From the NCBI GenBank assembly GCA_964495645.1, contig CAZBXO010000003.1:1756-65755 (forward strand): a DNA stretch of 64,000 bases, written 5' to 3'. Under the pieces are notes generated by a model. It searched no databases. It was given only the letters and a program-made list of their open reading frames with translations, and had not been told where the DNA came from. The stretch comes from an uncultured Phenylobacterium sp. GTDB taxonomy: Bacteria > Pseudomonadota > Alphaproteobacteria > Caulobacterales > Caulobacteraceae. The position numbers and the translations under genes are program-made. This document shows, one piece after another, positions 1-7,750 of this stretch (within the stretch, counting starts at the first letter, position 1; each line of letters opens with the position of its first letter).

Positions 1-2
1 CG

Positions 3-506
3 CCGGGCGTCAGCGAGTGTGCGGCGGGGCGGCGGATCGCCGAGCGTCATGAGGCATGGGCCACACGTCTGCCGAAGGAGGCTGCGGAGGCCTGGGGCTT
101 CGTGTTCGGCCTCGGGAGCGGCGACCTCCTGGACCTCCTGGCCCACTGCGTGAGCCTGGGCGTCAACGCCGTGCACAACCCGCTGGATCGCAGGCCCGGC
201 GCCTGGGCGCACGCCGACGTGCTGGCGGCGGCGGCGGACCTCGACATGCGGACGACCTGGGCCCCGACCGTCGCGAGCTACCTGGGGCGCGTGACCAAGG
301 CGAAGATCGTGGACGCGGTCACGGAGGCGGTGGGCGGGGAGGCCGTGCAGCGTCTGGATGGGCTCAAGAAAGGCGAGATGGCCGAGGCGGCGGAGAAGGC
401 GTTGGCGCCGACCCGCTGGCTCCCAGCCCTGCTGCGTACGCCGAAGCCGCTGCCTGAAACCCCTGCGTCTGAGGTTGAGGCCGCAACCGCCATCGCCGCC
501 GAGTAG
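3..506 (+). CDS. ParB/Spo0J-family ICE protein, C-terminal part (5' truncated by window)
   Basis: Frame is open from base 3 (PGVSECAAGRRIAERHEAW...). The C-terminus 'LDMRTTWAPTVASYLGRVTKAKI..AV.E...LKKGEMA..AE......WLPALLR' is typical of ICE ParB-domain proteins. Confidence 0.8.
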   Translation, partial: PGVSECAAGRRIAERHEAWATRLPKEAAEAWGFVFGLGSGDLLDLLAHCVSLGVNAVHNPLDRRPGAWAHADVLAAAADLDMRTTWAPTVASYLGRVTKAKIVDAVTEAVGGEAVQRLDGLKKGEMAEAAEKALAPTRWLPALLRTPKPLPETPASEVEAATAIAAE

Positions 507-525
507 GCGAGTCCACGATCCCGAT

Positions 526-558
526 GGCCCGCGCAGGCTAGCCCTGCGCGGGCCTTTT
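526..558 (+). terminator. Rho-independent terminator after the parB-like gene
   Basis: 12-bp stem GGCCCGCGCAGG/CCTGCGCGGGCC, 5-nt loop, followed by TTTT. Confidence 0.8.
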
Positions 559-567
559 GCTGTCCCG

Positions 568-981
568 CTAGTGGCGCGCAGGGGTGATGCTGGCAGCCGC
601 CTCTGCGCAGGCCCGTTCGCACGCGTGGCAGGTCTCGGCGCAGACGCGGCAGTGTTCCATATGCGACGCGTGCCGGTCGCATTCTTCGCCGCACAGCCGG
701 CACGCCAGCTCGCACGCGCCCAGCAGCTGCTGGATCACCGCTTCGTTCGAGCCCGTGCGACGCGTGGCCACCGTGCCCACGGCGGCGCAGAGATCGGCGC
801 AATCGAGGTTGAACCGGATGCATTGGGTGAGTTCCGTCACGCGCGGTTCCGCCAGACAGGCGTCGGCGCAGCTTGTGCAGGTCTGGGCGCAATCCAGCGC
901 CAGTTCGATGGCGCGGATCAGCGCCTCGTTGGTCGAGCCCTGAACCTGGGGATGGGTGGCGATCATCTGCTGCGCGTGCAT
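568..981 (-). CDS. Cys-rich four-helix-bundle copper-binding/storage protein (DUF326/Csp3-like)
   Basis: Repeated CxxxCxxC/CxxC motifs (CAQTCTSCADAC, CELACRLCGEEC, CRVCAETCHACERAC). GGAG precedes the ATG at 981. Confidence 0.85.
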   Translation of the reverse strand: MHAQQMIATHPQVQGSTNEALIRAIELALDCAQTCTSCADACLAEPRVTELTQCIRFNLDCADLCAAVGTVATRRTGSNEAVIQQLLGACELACRLCGEECDRHASHMEHCRVCAETCHACERACAEAAASITPARH

Positions 982-1008
982 GGCCGAACTCCGGAGGGAA
1001 TTGGCACC

Positions 1009-1033
1009 AACCGGGCGGGCCGGGAGAGGTTCC
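1009..1033 (-). promoter_or_regulatory. Candidate general-stress (EcfG/SigT-type) promoter for the DUF326 gene
   Basis: Minus strand reads GGAAC-N16-GGTT, ending 28 nt upstream of the ATG. The alphaproteobacterial EcfG consensus is GGAAC-N16/17-CGTT. Confidence 0.6.
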
Positions 1034-1164
1034 CAGCCAGTTTGGGAGCGGAGCGCAAGGTGGCCCACGCAAGACGTGCAGCCGAACCTGCGGGCTCGCG
1101 CAGCCCGTCACCGTTCGATGGCGGTCACGGTTGAGCCGCCACCGCAGCCGCAACGACGGTGACG

Positions 1165-2094
1165 CTACGCCCGCTTACGCAGGCGCGGAGCGGGCGCGAC
1201 CTCGGCCGCCGCGGCCTTCGCTTTCGGTGGCGCACGCCGACTCGCCGTTGGCCCGGGCCGCGCGGTCTTCGGCACAGGCGAGGCCCGTTTCGTGGCGGGG
1301 AGCTTGGCGAGCGACTGGCCGGCGAGGCTGCGGCGCAGCGCCTCCATGAGGTCAATGACTTCGGCCTCGTGAGCAGGCGCACTCGCCGACCGGGTGACGC
1401 CGTTTTCGGCCTTCTTGCGCTCGATCAGTTCCAGGAGGCCTTCGGTGTAGCGGTCGCGGAACTCAGTCGGGTCGAACGGACCCTCATGCTGCGCCAGGAT
1501 CTGGCGCGCGATGGCGACCATGCCCTTGTCGACCTTCACTTCAGGGATGCGCCCGAAGTAGTCCGCATCGCCATGCACCTGGTCATGCGGCCGCAGTTCG
1601 TGCGCGATGATGCCGCGTCCACGAGGCTCCAGCGCCAGCTGCCGTTCCTTGCCGCCCTTCACGTAGCGGGCGAGCGCCACCTTGCCTTCGGCGCGCATTG
1701 CCTCCCGGATCACCGCATAGGGCTCAACGGCGACGTCGCCGTCAGGCGCGAGGTAGTAGGGCGAGGCCCAGTAGAGCCGGTCGATCTCAGCCAGGGGGAC
1801 GAACCGCTCGATGGTCAGCGAGCCGGTGTCGGGCAGCTTAGCGGCCTTGATCTCGTCGTTGGTCAGGGTGACGTACTGCCCCTTGTCGACCTCGAAGCCC
1901 TTCACCGTGCTGGTGCGCTCGATGCGCTCGCCGGTCGCCTGATCCTTGGCTTCCGTCCGGATGCGGTTGCCGGTGTCCGGATTGATCATGTTGAACCGCA
2001 CGCTGCGGCCCTTGCCGGTGGCCGGGAACAGCACCACGGGACAGGTGACGAGCGACAGCTTCAGGTGGCCTTCCCAGGCCGGGCGAGACGCCAT
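1165..2094 (-). CDS. ku: Ku DNA end-binding protein
   Basis: '[23 protein letters not shown]', 'PYYLAPD', '[12 protein letters not shown]' and a basic C-terminal tail. GGAGG RBS before 2094. Confidence 0.93.
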   Translation of the reverse strand: MASRPAWEGHLKLSLVTCPVVLFPATGKGRSVRFNMINPDTGNRIRTEAKDQATGERIERTSTVKGFEVDKGQYVTLTNDEIKAAKLPDTGSLTIERFVPLAEIDRLYWASPYYLAPDGDVAVEPYAVIREAMRAEGKVALARYVKGGKERQLALEPRGRGIIAHELRPHDQVHGDADYFGRIPEVKVDKGMVAIARQILAQHEGPFDPTEFRDRYTEGLLELIERKKAENGVTRSASAPAHEAEVIDLMEALRRSLAGQSLAKLPATKRASPVPKTARPGPTASRRAPPKAKAAAAEVAPAPRLRKRA

Positions 2095-2302
2095 GGTTCC
2101 TCCGTTTCGGGAGTCGCCATGTAGTGCGTTGTCGAGCCAGACAAGCGCCGCCGTCTGAACTGATTCGCGCTGCAAGACAAGGTGTCGCGCAGGCGCGCTC
2201 GGATCGCCGTCAGAACGCAGCTTGGAGGGAGGCGCGGTGGTGGCTCACGCGGCGCCGGACGTGGGTTCAGCCCGCGCACGCGGTCTCTCGTCTGGCTGAT
2301 CT

Positions 2303-2450
2303 GGGCGGACCCGAAACGCCCCTCAACCCCGGCCGCCCGGTTTCTTCCCCTGAGGCCAAGGCCTCATTCCTCGCGAGGCAAGAAACCTGTCCGCCGGGGT
2401 CCTGCGCTGACGCTACGGGCCTGCGGCTGAGGGGCGCTCCGGCCCCGCCC
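2303..2450. promoter_or_regulatory. Nested multi-stem inverted-repeat element upstream of DUF736-ardC (candidate ssDNA promoter or structured element)
   Basis: Stems 2303-2308/2445-2450, 2317-2325/2428-2436, 2326-2333/2393-2400 and 2339-2346/2380-2387. Inner hairpin 2351-2366 and palindrome 2369-2378. Confidence 0.6.
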
Positions 2451-2510
2451 TCTTCGATCGCCATCGAGACCGCGATGGGCGCGGGCTCGCAAGACGACCG
2501 GAGACTTCCC

Positions 2511-2822
2511 ATGGCCACCATCGGCACCTTCCACAAGCAGGACGACGGCTCCTACACGGGCGCCATCAAGACCCTCAGCCTGAACGTCAAGCAGGCTCAG
2601 TTCCGGCCCTCCGAAACCGACAACGACAAGGCCCCCGACTTCCGCATCTTCGCCGGCCAGACTGAATTCGGCGCGGCCTGGAAGAAGACCTCCCGCGAGA
2701 ACCGCGACTACCTGTCGGTGAAGCTCGACGACCCCAGCTTCGCGGCGCCGATCTACGCCAGCCTGGTCGATGCCGACGACGGCTACAGCCTGATCTGGTC
2801 CCGCAGCCGCGCCGCCGACTGA
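2511..2822 (+). CDS. DUF736 family protein
   Basis: 'MATIGTF....G.YTG.IKTL...APDFRIF.G..EFGAAW.K......[19 protein letters not shown]......LIWSR'. Confidence 0.92.
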   Translation: MATIGTFHKQDDGSYTGAIKTLSLNVKQAQFRPSETDNDKAPDFRIFAGQTEFGAAWKKTSRENRDYLSVKLDDPSFAAPIYASLVDADDGYSLIWSRSRAAD

Positions 2823-2830
2823 CCGCTCGA

Positions 2831-2854
2831 GCCGCCCCGGTGCGCCGGGGCGGC
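2831..2854. other. GC hairpin between DUF736 and ardC
   Basis: 10-bp stem GCCGCCCCGG/CCGGGGCGGC with TGCG loop; no U-tract. Confidence 0.55.
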
Positions 2855-2886
2855 GCTCCCCAACAGCTCGAGACATGGAGGCCGCG

Positions 2887-3801
2887 ATGTCGCGCGCCCG
2901 CACTGAAACTCGCCCCGACCTCTACACCCGCGTCACCCAACAGATCGTCGCCGACCTGCAGCGCGGCGTCCGTCCCTGGACCAAGCCGTGGTCCGCCGAG
3001 CACCTCGCCGGCCGCATCACGCGCCCGCTGCGCTCGACGGGCCAGCCCTACAGCGGCATCAATGTCGTGCTGCTCTGGGCCGAAGCCGTCGCCAAGGGCT
3101 ACGCCGCGCCGATTTGGATGACCTTCCGCCAGGCGATTGCGCTGGGGGCGGCCGTCCGCAAGGGCGAGCATGGCGCCACGGTCGTCTACGCCAACCGGTT
3201 CACGCGCACCGAGACCGACAGCTCAGGCCACGACGTCGAGCGCGAAATCCCCTTCCTGAAGGCCTACACCGTGTTCAACGTCGAGCAGATCGACGGCCTC
3301 CCGGAGCACTTCCACGCGACCGCCGGACCGCAACTGCCGGCGGAAGCCCGGATCGAGCACGCGGAGCGCTTCTTCGCCGCCACGGGCGCCGAGGTGCGGC
3401 ACGGCGGGACGCAGGCCTACTACGCCCTGGAACCGGACTATGTGCAGCTGCCGCCGTTCCCGTGTTTCGCGGACGCCGAGAGCTATTACGCGACGCTGGC
3501 GCACGAGTGCACGCACTGGACCCGCCATCCGAAGCGCCTCAACCGCGACTTCGGGCGTAAGCGCTGGGGCGACGGCGGCTACGCCCAGGAGGAACTCGTC
3601 GCCGAGCTCGGCGCCGCCTTTCTCTGCGCCGACCTGGGACTCGAACTGACTCCGCGCGAGGACCACACGGCGTACATCGAGAACTGGCTGCAGGTGCTGC
3701 AGAACGATCGCCGGTTCATCTTCGCCGCCGCCGCGCATGCGCAGCGGGCCTGCGATTTCCTGCACAAGCTGCAACCCGCATCCGAGGTGCGGGCGGCCTG
3801 A
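2887..3801 (+). CDS. ardC: ArdC-family ssDNA-binding antirestriction protein
   Basis: 'PWTKPW', 'YSGIN..LLW', 'WMTFRQA', 'YTVFNVEQ', and zincin-like 'LAHECTHWT...YAQEELVAE'. Confidence 0.93.
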   Translation: MSRARTETRPDLYTRVTQQIVADLQRGVRPWTKPWSAEHLAGRITRPLRSTGQPYSGINVVLLWAEAVAKGYAAPIWMTFRQAIALGAAVRKGEHGATVVYANRFTRTETDSSGHDVEREIPFLKAYTVFNVEQIDGLPEHFHATAGPQLPAEARIEHAERFFAATGAEVRHGGTQAYYALEPDYVQLPPFPCFADAESYYATLAHECTHWTRHPKRLNRDFGRKRWGDGGYAQEELVAELGAAFLCADLGLELTPREDHTAYIENWLQVLQNDRRFIFAAAAHAQRACDFLHKLQPASEVRAA

Positions 3802-3838
3802 CGGCCGCCCGTCGCCCTGCCGCGCCGGCGCCTGAATT

Positions 3839-3852
3839 CCAAGTATACTTGG
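3839..3852. promoter_or_regulatory. Perfect 14-bp palindrome, candidate operator of the downstream XRE regulator
   Basis: CCAAGTATACTTGG, AT-rich within GC-rich DNA, about 40 bp upstream of ATG 3889. Confidence 0.55.
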
Positions 3853-3888
3853 TGGAGCGCCGGCGCCGGGGCGGCTCGCCTCGCAGAC

Positions 3889-4098
3889 ATGAGTCTGCGA
3901 GCGCTCCTCGCCCGGAACTTGCGCCGGTTGCGTCAGGCCCAGGGCCTGTCTCAGGAGGAGCTTGCCGCGCGTGCCGACATCACCGCCAACTATCTCAGCT
4001 CCCTCGAGCGCGAGGAGTACGCGGCCTCCGTCGATGTCATCGAGCGCCTGGCCCAAGCGCTTGAGGTGGCGCCCGGCGTCCTTTTCGCGAGCGATTGA
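3889..4098 (+). CDS. XRE/C-protein-like HTH regulator (QseC-like)
   Basis: 'ARNLRRLRQAQGLSQEELAARADITANYLSSLER....SVDVIERLAQALEV'; adjacent to the QseM-like gene. Confidence 0.85.
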   Translation: MSLRALLARNLRRLRQAQGLSQEELAARADITANYLSSLEREEYAASVDVIERLAQALEVAPGVLFASD

Positions 4099-4153
4099 GC
4101 AACGCAACCTGCGGCTTCTTGGGTCGCCCCAGAGGCGAGCGTAGGTTCGCGCG

Positions 4154-4411
4154 ATGGGCGGTCCCCAATTTCGCATCCGTGCACCGCAGGAGAGCAGCCT
4201 GACGGACTACGATCGCGACCACGCGGTCACGTACATCCGTCTGCTGGACGCCGACGAAGAGGGCGCCGACTGGAAGGAGGTCGCCCGCGTGGTGCTGGGA
4301 GTGGATCCTGGCCGCGACTTCGAGCGCGCCCAGGTCATGCACGCCTCGCACCTGGCGCGCGCCAAGTGGATGCGCGACGGCGGGTATCGCGACTTACTCC
4401 GTAAGAACTGA
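4154..4411 (+). CDS. qseM: Small DUF2285 protein, QseM-like antiactivator
   Basis: 'LTDYDRDH..TYIRLLDA...GADWKEVAR.VLG.DP......A....SHLARAKWM...GYRDLL' matches the QseM pattern; 85 aa. Confidence 0.8.
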   Translation: MGGPQFRIRAPQESSLTDYDRDHAVTYIRLLDADEEGADWKEVARVVLGVDPGRDFERAQVMHASHLARAKWMRDGGYRDLLRKN

Positions 4412-4514
4412 AGCTTAGCCTGACCTTGGGTCAACTTTCGGCTTGCGTACCCCATCTTCTGATTCGTTAATGAGCCTCGCTGTGGGGGCGCGTGCTCGAC
4501 GAGGGAGGCGCGCC

Positions 4515-5280
4515 GTGAGTACCGAGACGTGGCGTTCAGACGAACGCTACGAGGCCCTGAGGGGCTGTTCCGCGACCGATCTCGCGTGGGAGTTCCTGCG
4601 GCGCAATCCCGACTATCGCGCTGACTTCGCCAAAGCCCTGGAGTCAGCCTCCGGCGGCCCCGCGTGCGCCGGATCGGCGCCGTGGGCCCGCTGGGGGCTG
4701 AGCTTTCGCGGCCGATCCGACCCTCGCGGCAGACCGCCAGCCCGTCTACTGGCGGCCTGAAGTTGATCCCCGAACGGTCGTCCTGACGCCCGCAGGCGAA
4801 GGGGCCCCGACGAGCTTCCGCTACGAGCCCGAGCGCTGGCGCGCCGCCTATCGCGAGCAGACGGGTGAGGACGGCGTGCACGGACTGCTGACCGCGCCCA
4901 GGTCGCAGCACCGGCTCTGGATGCCGACGCCCATTCCGCGCGGTGGCGCGGTGGCGTGCCTTGTCCCGCTCGGCGCCTCGACACTCGGAGACACCAGCGC
5001 CGTGTTGCAGTTCTGGCGGTTCGTCAGCACCGGACGTGCGACGCCGCTGCGCTTCGACGCGCGGCTGAGGCGCGCCCAGGCGAGCCTTTGGGCGCTGGAC
5101 CAGCACGAGGCCGGCGACAGCTATCGTACGCTGGCGGAACGGCTCTATGGCGTGGCCCGCGTCGCCAGTGAGTGCTGGCGGACCTCGTCGCTGAGGGACT
5201 CGGCGATCCGCCTGGTGCGCGCCGGCCAGGCGTTCGTCGAAGGCGACTACCGGCGTCTGCTCCGTCGTCCGCCCGCTTGA
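4515..5280 (+). CDS. fseA: FseA-like activator (DUF6499 + DUF2285) joined by +1 programmed ribosomal frameshift at 4704-4707; about 254 aa
   Basis: ORF1 starts GTG 4515 after GGAGG and contains 'LAWEFLRRNPDY'. The slippery site CGC TGG GGG CTG AGC TTT CGC leads into a +1 frame (FAADP...PVYW) that is open into the 4876-5280 DUF2285 ORF. Confidence 0.88.
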
Positions 5281-5283
5281 TCT

Positions 5284-5323
5284 GGGGTGGTGAATTCGCG
5301 CGCGCGCGTTTCCGCCATCCCCC
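5284..5323 (+). promoter_or_regulatory. Imperfect inverted repeat upstream of rdfS (candidate FseA-binding site)
   Basis: GGGGTGGTGAA ... TTCCGCCATCCCC. The half-site GGGGTGGYGAA recurs at 7629-7639 upstream of the relaxase. Confidence 0.4.
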
Positions 5324-5406
5324 TACGCCAGCACCCTTCGCCACGGTGTCCAGGTGTCCGCGGTCCTACCCGACCGCTTCCGCAAGACCCCCTGGAGCCC
5401 GACGCC

Positions 5407-5679
5407 ATGGTCGAACCGACGCCCATCCCTCCGCGCTACCTGCGCACGCCGGAAGCGGCCCGCTTCCTCGGCATTTCCGGCCGCACGCTGGAGAAGCACC
5501 GCACCTACGGCACCGGCCCGACCTATTCGAAGATCGGCGGCCGGGTGATCTATTCGGTCTCCGATCTGCAGGCCTGGGCCCATCGCGGCGTCCGTCGGGC
5601 GACCGACGATCCGGGCCACGATACCGTCCATCCGGCGCGCCCGATGATGGGTGAGGCCCGCACATTCGCCGCGCGCTGA
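5407..5679 (+). CDS. rdfS: Excisionase / recombination directionality factor (RdfS-like wHTH)
   Basis: 'YLRTPEAARFLGISGRTLEKHRTYGTGPTYSKIGGRVIY...DLQAW'; lies directly after fseA. Confidence 0.85.
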   Translation: MVEPTPIPPRYLRTPEAARFLGISGRTLEKHRTYGTGPTYSKIGGRVIYSVSDLQAWAHRGVRRATDDPGHDTVHPARPMMGEARTFAAR

Positions 5680-5691
5680 CGGCTAGCTTCC

Positions 5692-6201
5692 ATGTCCCCG
5701 CGCGCGCCGCTGAGCGGCGGCGCCGGAGCGGACCGTGACGATCTCACCTGGGTTGACCTCGTCTGGTACGAGGGCCGGATCGAACACTGGATGCGCTTCG
5801 GCGCGCCCGTCGCCGAACGCATCCTCGACCGCCGCCGTCGTCGCCTGGGCTTCGCGCCCGCCAGCGTATTCGCCTTCGTCCGCTGGCAGGCCGGCGACCG
5901 CGGGACGGTCGCGTCACGGATCGTCATCGTGAAGACCGTCGACGCTGGTTCAGCCTGCGCCACCACGCCCGGCCTGCACCCCGGCGGACGCCTGCTACTC
6001 CGCATCACCGGCTGGCCGCGCGTTCAGCGCGTGCTCGCGGCGATCGACGCGGTCGAGCACCTCGGCCTCGAGGCGACAGACGTTGCGCCGGATCATTGGC
6101 GGCAGGTCCACAACCGTCTGACCGCGCGCGCGGAGCCGGAACCTTACACACCGCTGCGCCATCGCGCGTGGCGCCAGCGCAGCGAACTGGATGCGCCATG
6201 A
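5692..6201 (+). CDS. DUF2840 family protein
   Basis: 'IEHWMRFG', 'FAFVRW', 'GWPRVQRVLAAIDAVE', 'PDHWRQVHNRL'; usual ICE position. Confidence 0.88.
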   Translation: MSPRAPLSGGAGADRDDLTWVDLVWYEGRIEHWMRFGAPVAERILDRRRRRLGFAPASVFAFVRWQAGDRGTVASRIVIVKTVDAGSACATTPGLHPGGRLLLRITGWPRVQRVLAAIDAVEHLGLEATDVAPDHWRQVHNRLTARAEPEPYTPLRHRAWRQRSELDAP

Positions 6202-6707
6202 CCCCGCCCTGGAGCTTTCTGATCGCGCCCGTCGCCGTCGCGGCCTTGTTCGTCCCGGCGCAGCCGCGCCTGCTCTGGAACACCACGGCCAGTGCGCCGA
6301 TCGGCGTCTATGCCCTGCACGACGCCAACACCTTGGCGGTTGGCGACCGGGTCGCCCTGCGTCCGCCGCCGCGCCTCGCCGCCTGGCTCGATGCCTCCGG
6401 GTTCGTGCCGGACGGGGCGCTCCTCCTGAAGCGGGTGGCGGCGCTGTCGCCGAGCGTCGTCTGCCGTGACGGCGGCCATGTCACGCGCGACGGGGTGCTG
6501 GTGGCCATCGCAGAGGCTCGGGACCGGTTTGGCCGTCCACTGCCGGTATGGACGGGCTGCCACGCGCTCACGGCCGACGACGTCTTCGTCCTCAACCCCG
6601 CCGTCGGCTCGCTGGACGGCCGCTACTTCGGAGCCCTGCCGCGACGCACCGTCGTCGCGCGGGCCGATCCGCTCTGGCTCTTCGGAGGCTCCCCCGATGC
6701 TCCTTGA
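6198..6707 (+). CDS. traF: TraF-like S26 pilin-processing peptidase
   Basis: 'WNTTASAPIGVY', 'LLKRVAA', 'SLDGRYFG'; ATGA overlap with the upstream gene. Confidence 0.9.
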   Translation: MTPPWSFLIAPVAVAALFVPAQPRLLWNTTASAPIGVYALHDANTLAVGDRVALRPPPRLAAWLDASGFVPDGALLLKRVAALSPSVVCRDGGHVTRDGVLVAIAEARDRFGRPLPVWTGCHALTADDVFVLNPAVGSLDGRYFGALPRRTVVARADPLWLFGGSPDAP

Positions 6708-7518
6708 TCCTCCTTGTGCAGCGCCTTTGTTCGATCGAACAAAGAATGACGGCCGCGCCTTCGTCCCGACCGCCTTCCATCGCGCCGCCGCGCGGAGCGG
6801 CGGTCCAGGGCGGCCGTCAGGCCGGCGCGACAGCGCCTTGCCCTGGACGGCCGTGAGCACGGCGGCACGCTGGCCGCGTGTTGGGGCAGGGGTTCTCCTG
6901 ACGCTGTCCCTGGTCACTCCGGCCGCCGCGCAGGGCACAGGCCGTGGCGGCGCGGACTGGCGCACCCTCGTCGCCGAAGCGTCGCGCCGGTTCGCGATTC
7001 CCGAGCGGTGGATCCATGCGGTGATGGGGGTGGAGAGCGCCTACCAGCCGCGCGCGCTAAGCCATGCGGGCGCAATGGGACTGATGCAGGTCATGCCGGG
7101 CACCTACGCGGACCTGCGCGTCCGCTACGGCCTGGGCGCGGATCCTTATCAGCCCCGCGACAACGTCATGGCCGGCGCGGCCTACCTGCGGGAGATGTAC
7201 GACCGCTTCGGCGCGCCGGGCTTCCTGGCGGCCTACAATGCGGGTCCGGCGCGGTATCTGCAGCACGTCACGGATGGCCGGCCGCTCCCGTTAGAGACCC
7301 GGGCCTACGTCGCCAAGCTGTCGCCGGCGGTGGCGGGCGATGCGATCGGCAGTGTCCCTCCGCCGGCGCCTGAAGCGCCTCGGCCGACGATCTTCGTGAG
7401 CCTCGGCGCCTCGGTCCCTCGTCCACCGCCCGATGCCTCTGGGTTCGCAGAGACACCACCCGCAACCGGCGGCTCCGGGCTGTTCGTGAGGCTCGGCGAG
7501 GGGCGGCGGGCGCCATGA
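6697..7518 (+). CDS. Lytic transglycosylase (SLT domain)
   Basis: 'VMGVES', 'GAMGLMQVMPGT', 'AAYNAGP', 'ETRAYV'. Confidence 0.9.
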   Translation: MLLDPPCAAPLFDRTKNDGRAFVPTAFHRAAARSGGPGRPSGRRDSALPWTAVSTAARWPRVGAGVLLTLSLVTPAAAQGTGRGGADWRTLVAEASRRFAIPERWIHAVMGVESAYQPRALSHAGAMGLMQVMPGTYADLRVRYGLGADPYQPRDNVMAGAAYLREMYDRFGAPGFLAAYNAGPARYLQHVTDGRPLPLETRAYVAKLSPAVAGDAIGSVPPPAPEAPRPTIFVSLGASVPRPPPDASGFAETPPATGGSGLFVRLGEGRRAP

Positions 7519-7594
7519 TGCTGTGTGCCACTCATCGGGCCGTAGCGTGCTCTGTCGCAGGTTCGACGGTGATCCCCCGAAAGATGGACCGATG

Positions 7595-7740
7595 GCAGGA
7601 TAAAAGCCGCGAGGTGCGGCCCGGTCTGGGGGTGGCGAAGGACAACGATTCCAGTGACTTCGCGCGAGGTGCGTCGGCAGGTCGCGAGGTGCGGTTTTGG
7701 GCAAGTCCCTGTGCTCGCACCGCTTTTCGCACCTCGCGGC
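7595..7740. repeat. Candidate oriT region with an 11-bp repeat (three direct copies, one inverted)
   Basis: CGCGAGGTGCG at 7608, 7663 and 7683; inverted CGCACCTCGCG at 7728. Lies in the intergenic gap immediately upstream of the relaxase. Confidence 0.6.
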
Positions 7741-7750
7741 GCTCGCGGCC

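Noticed and set aside
4443-5280. Two broken ORFs suggesting a pseudogene or sequencing error
   Set aside because: The break coincides exactly with the conserved fseA-type +1 slippery motif and the +1 frame is open and protein-like.
5297-5308. (CG)6 run as a functional Z-DNA element
   Set aside because: Short and plausible by chance at this GC content; it is simply the spacer of the inverted repeat.
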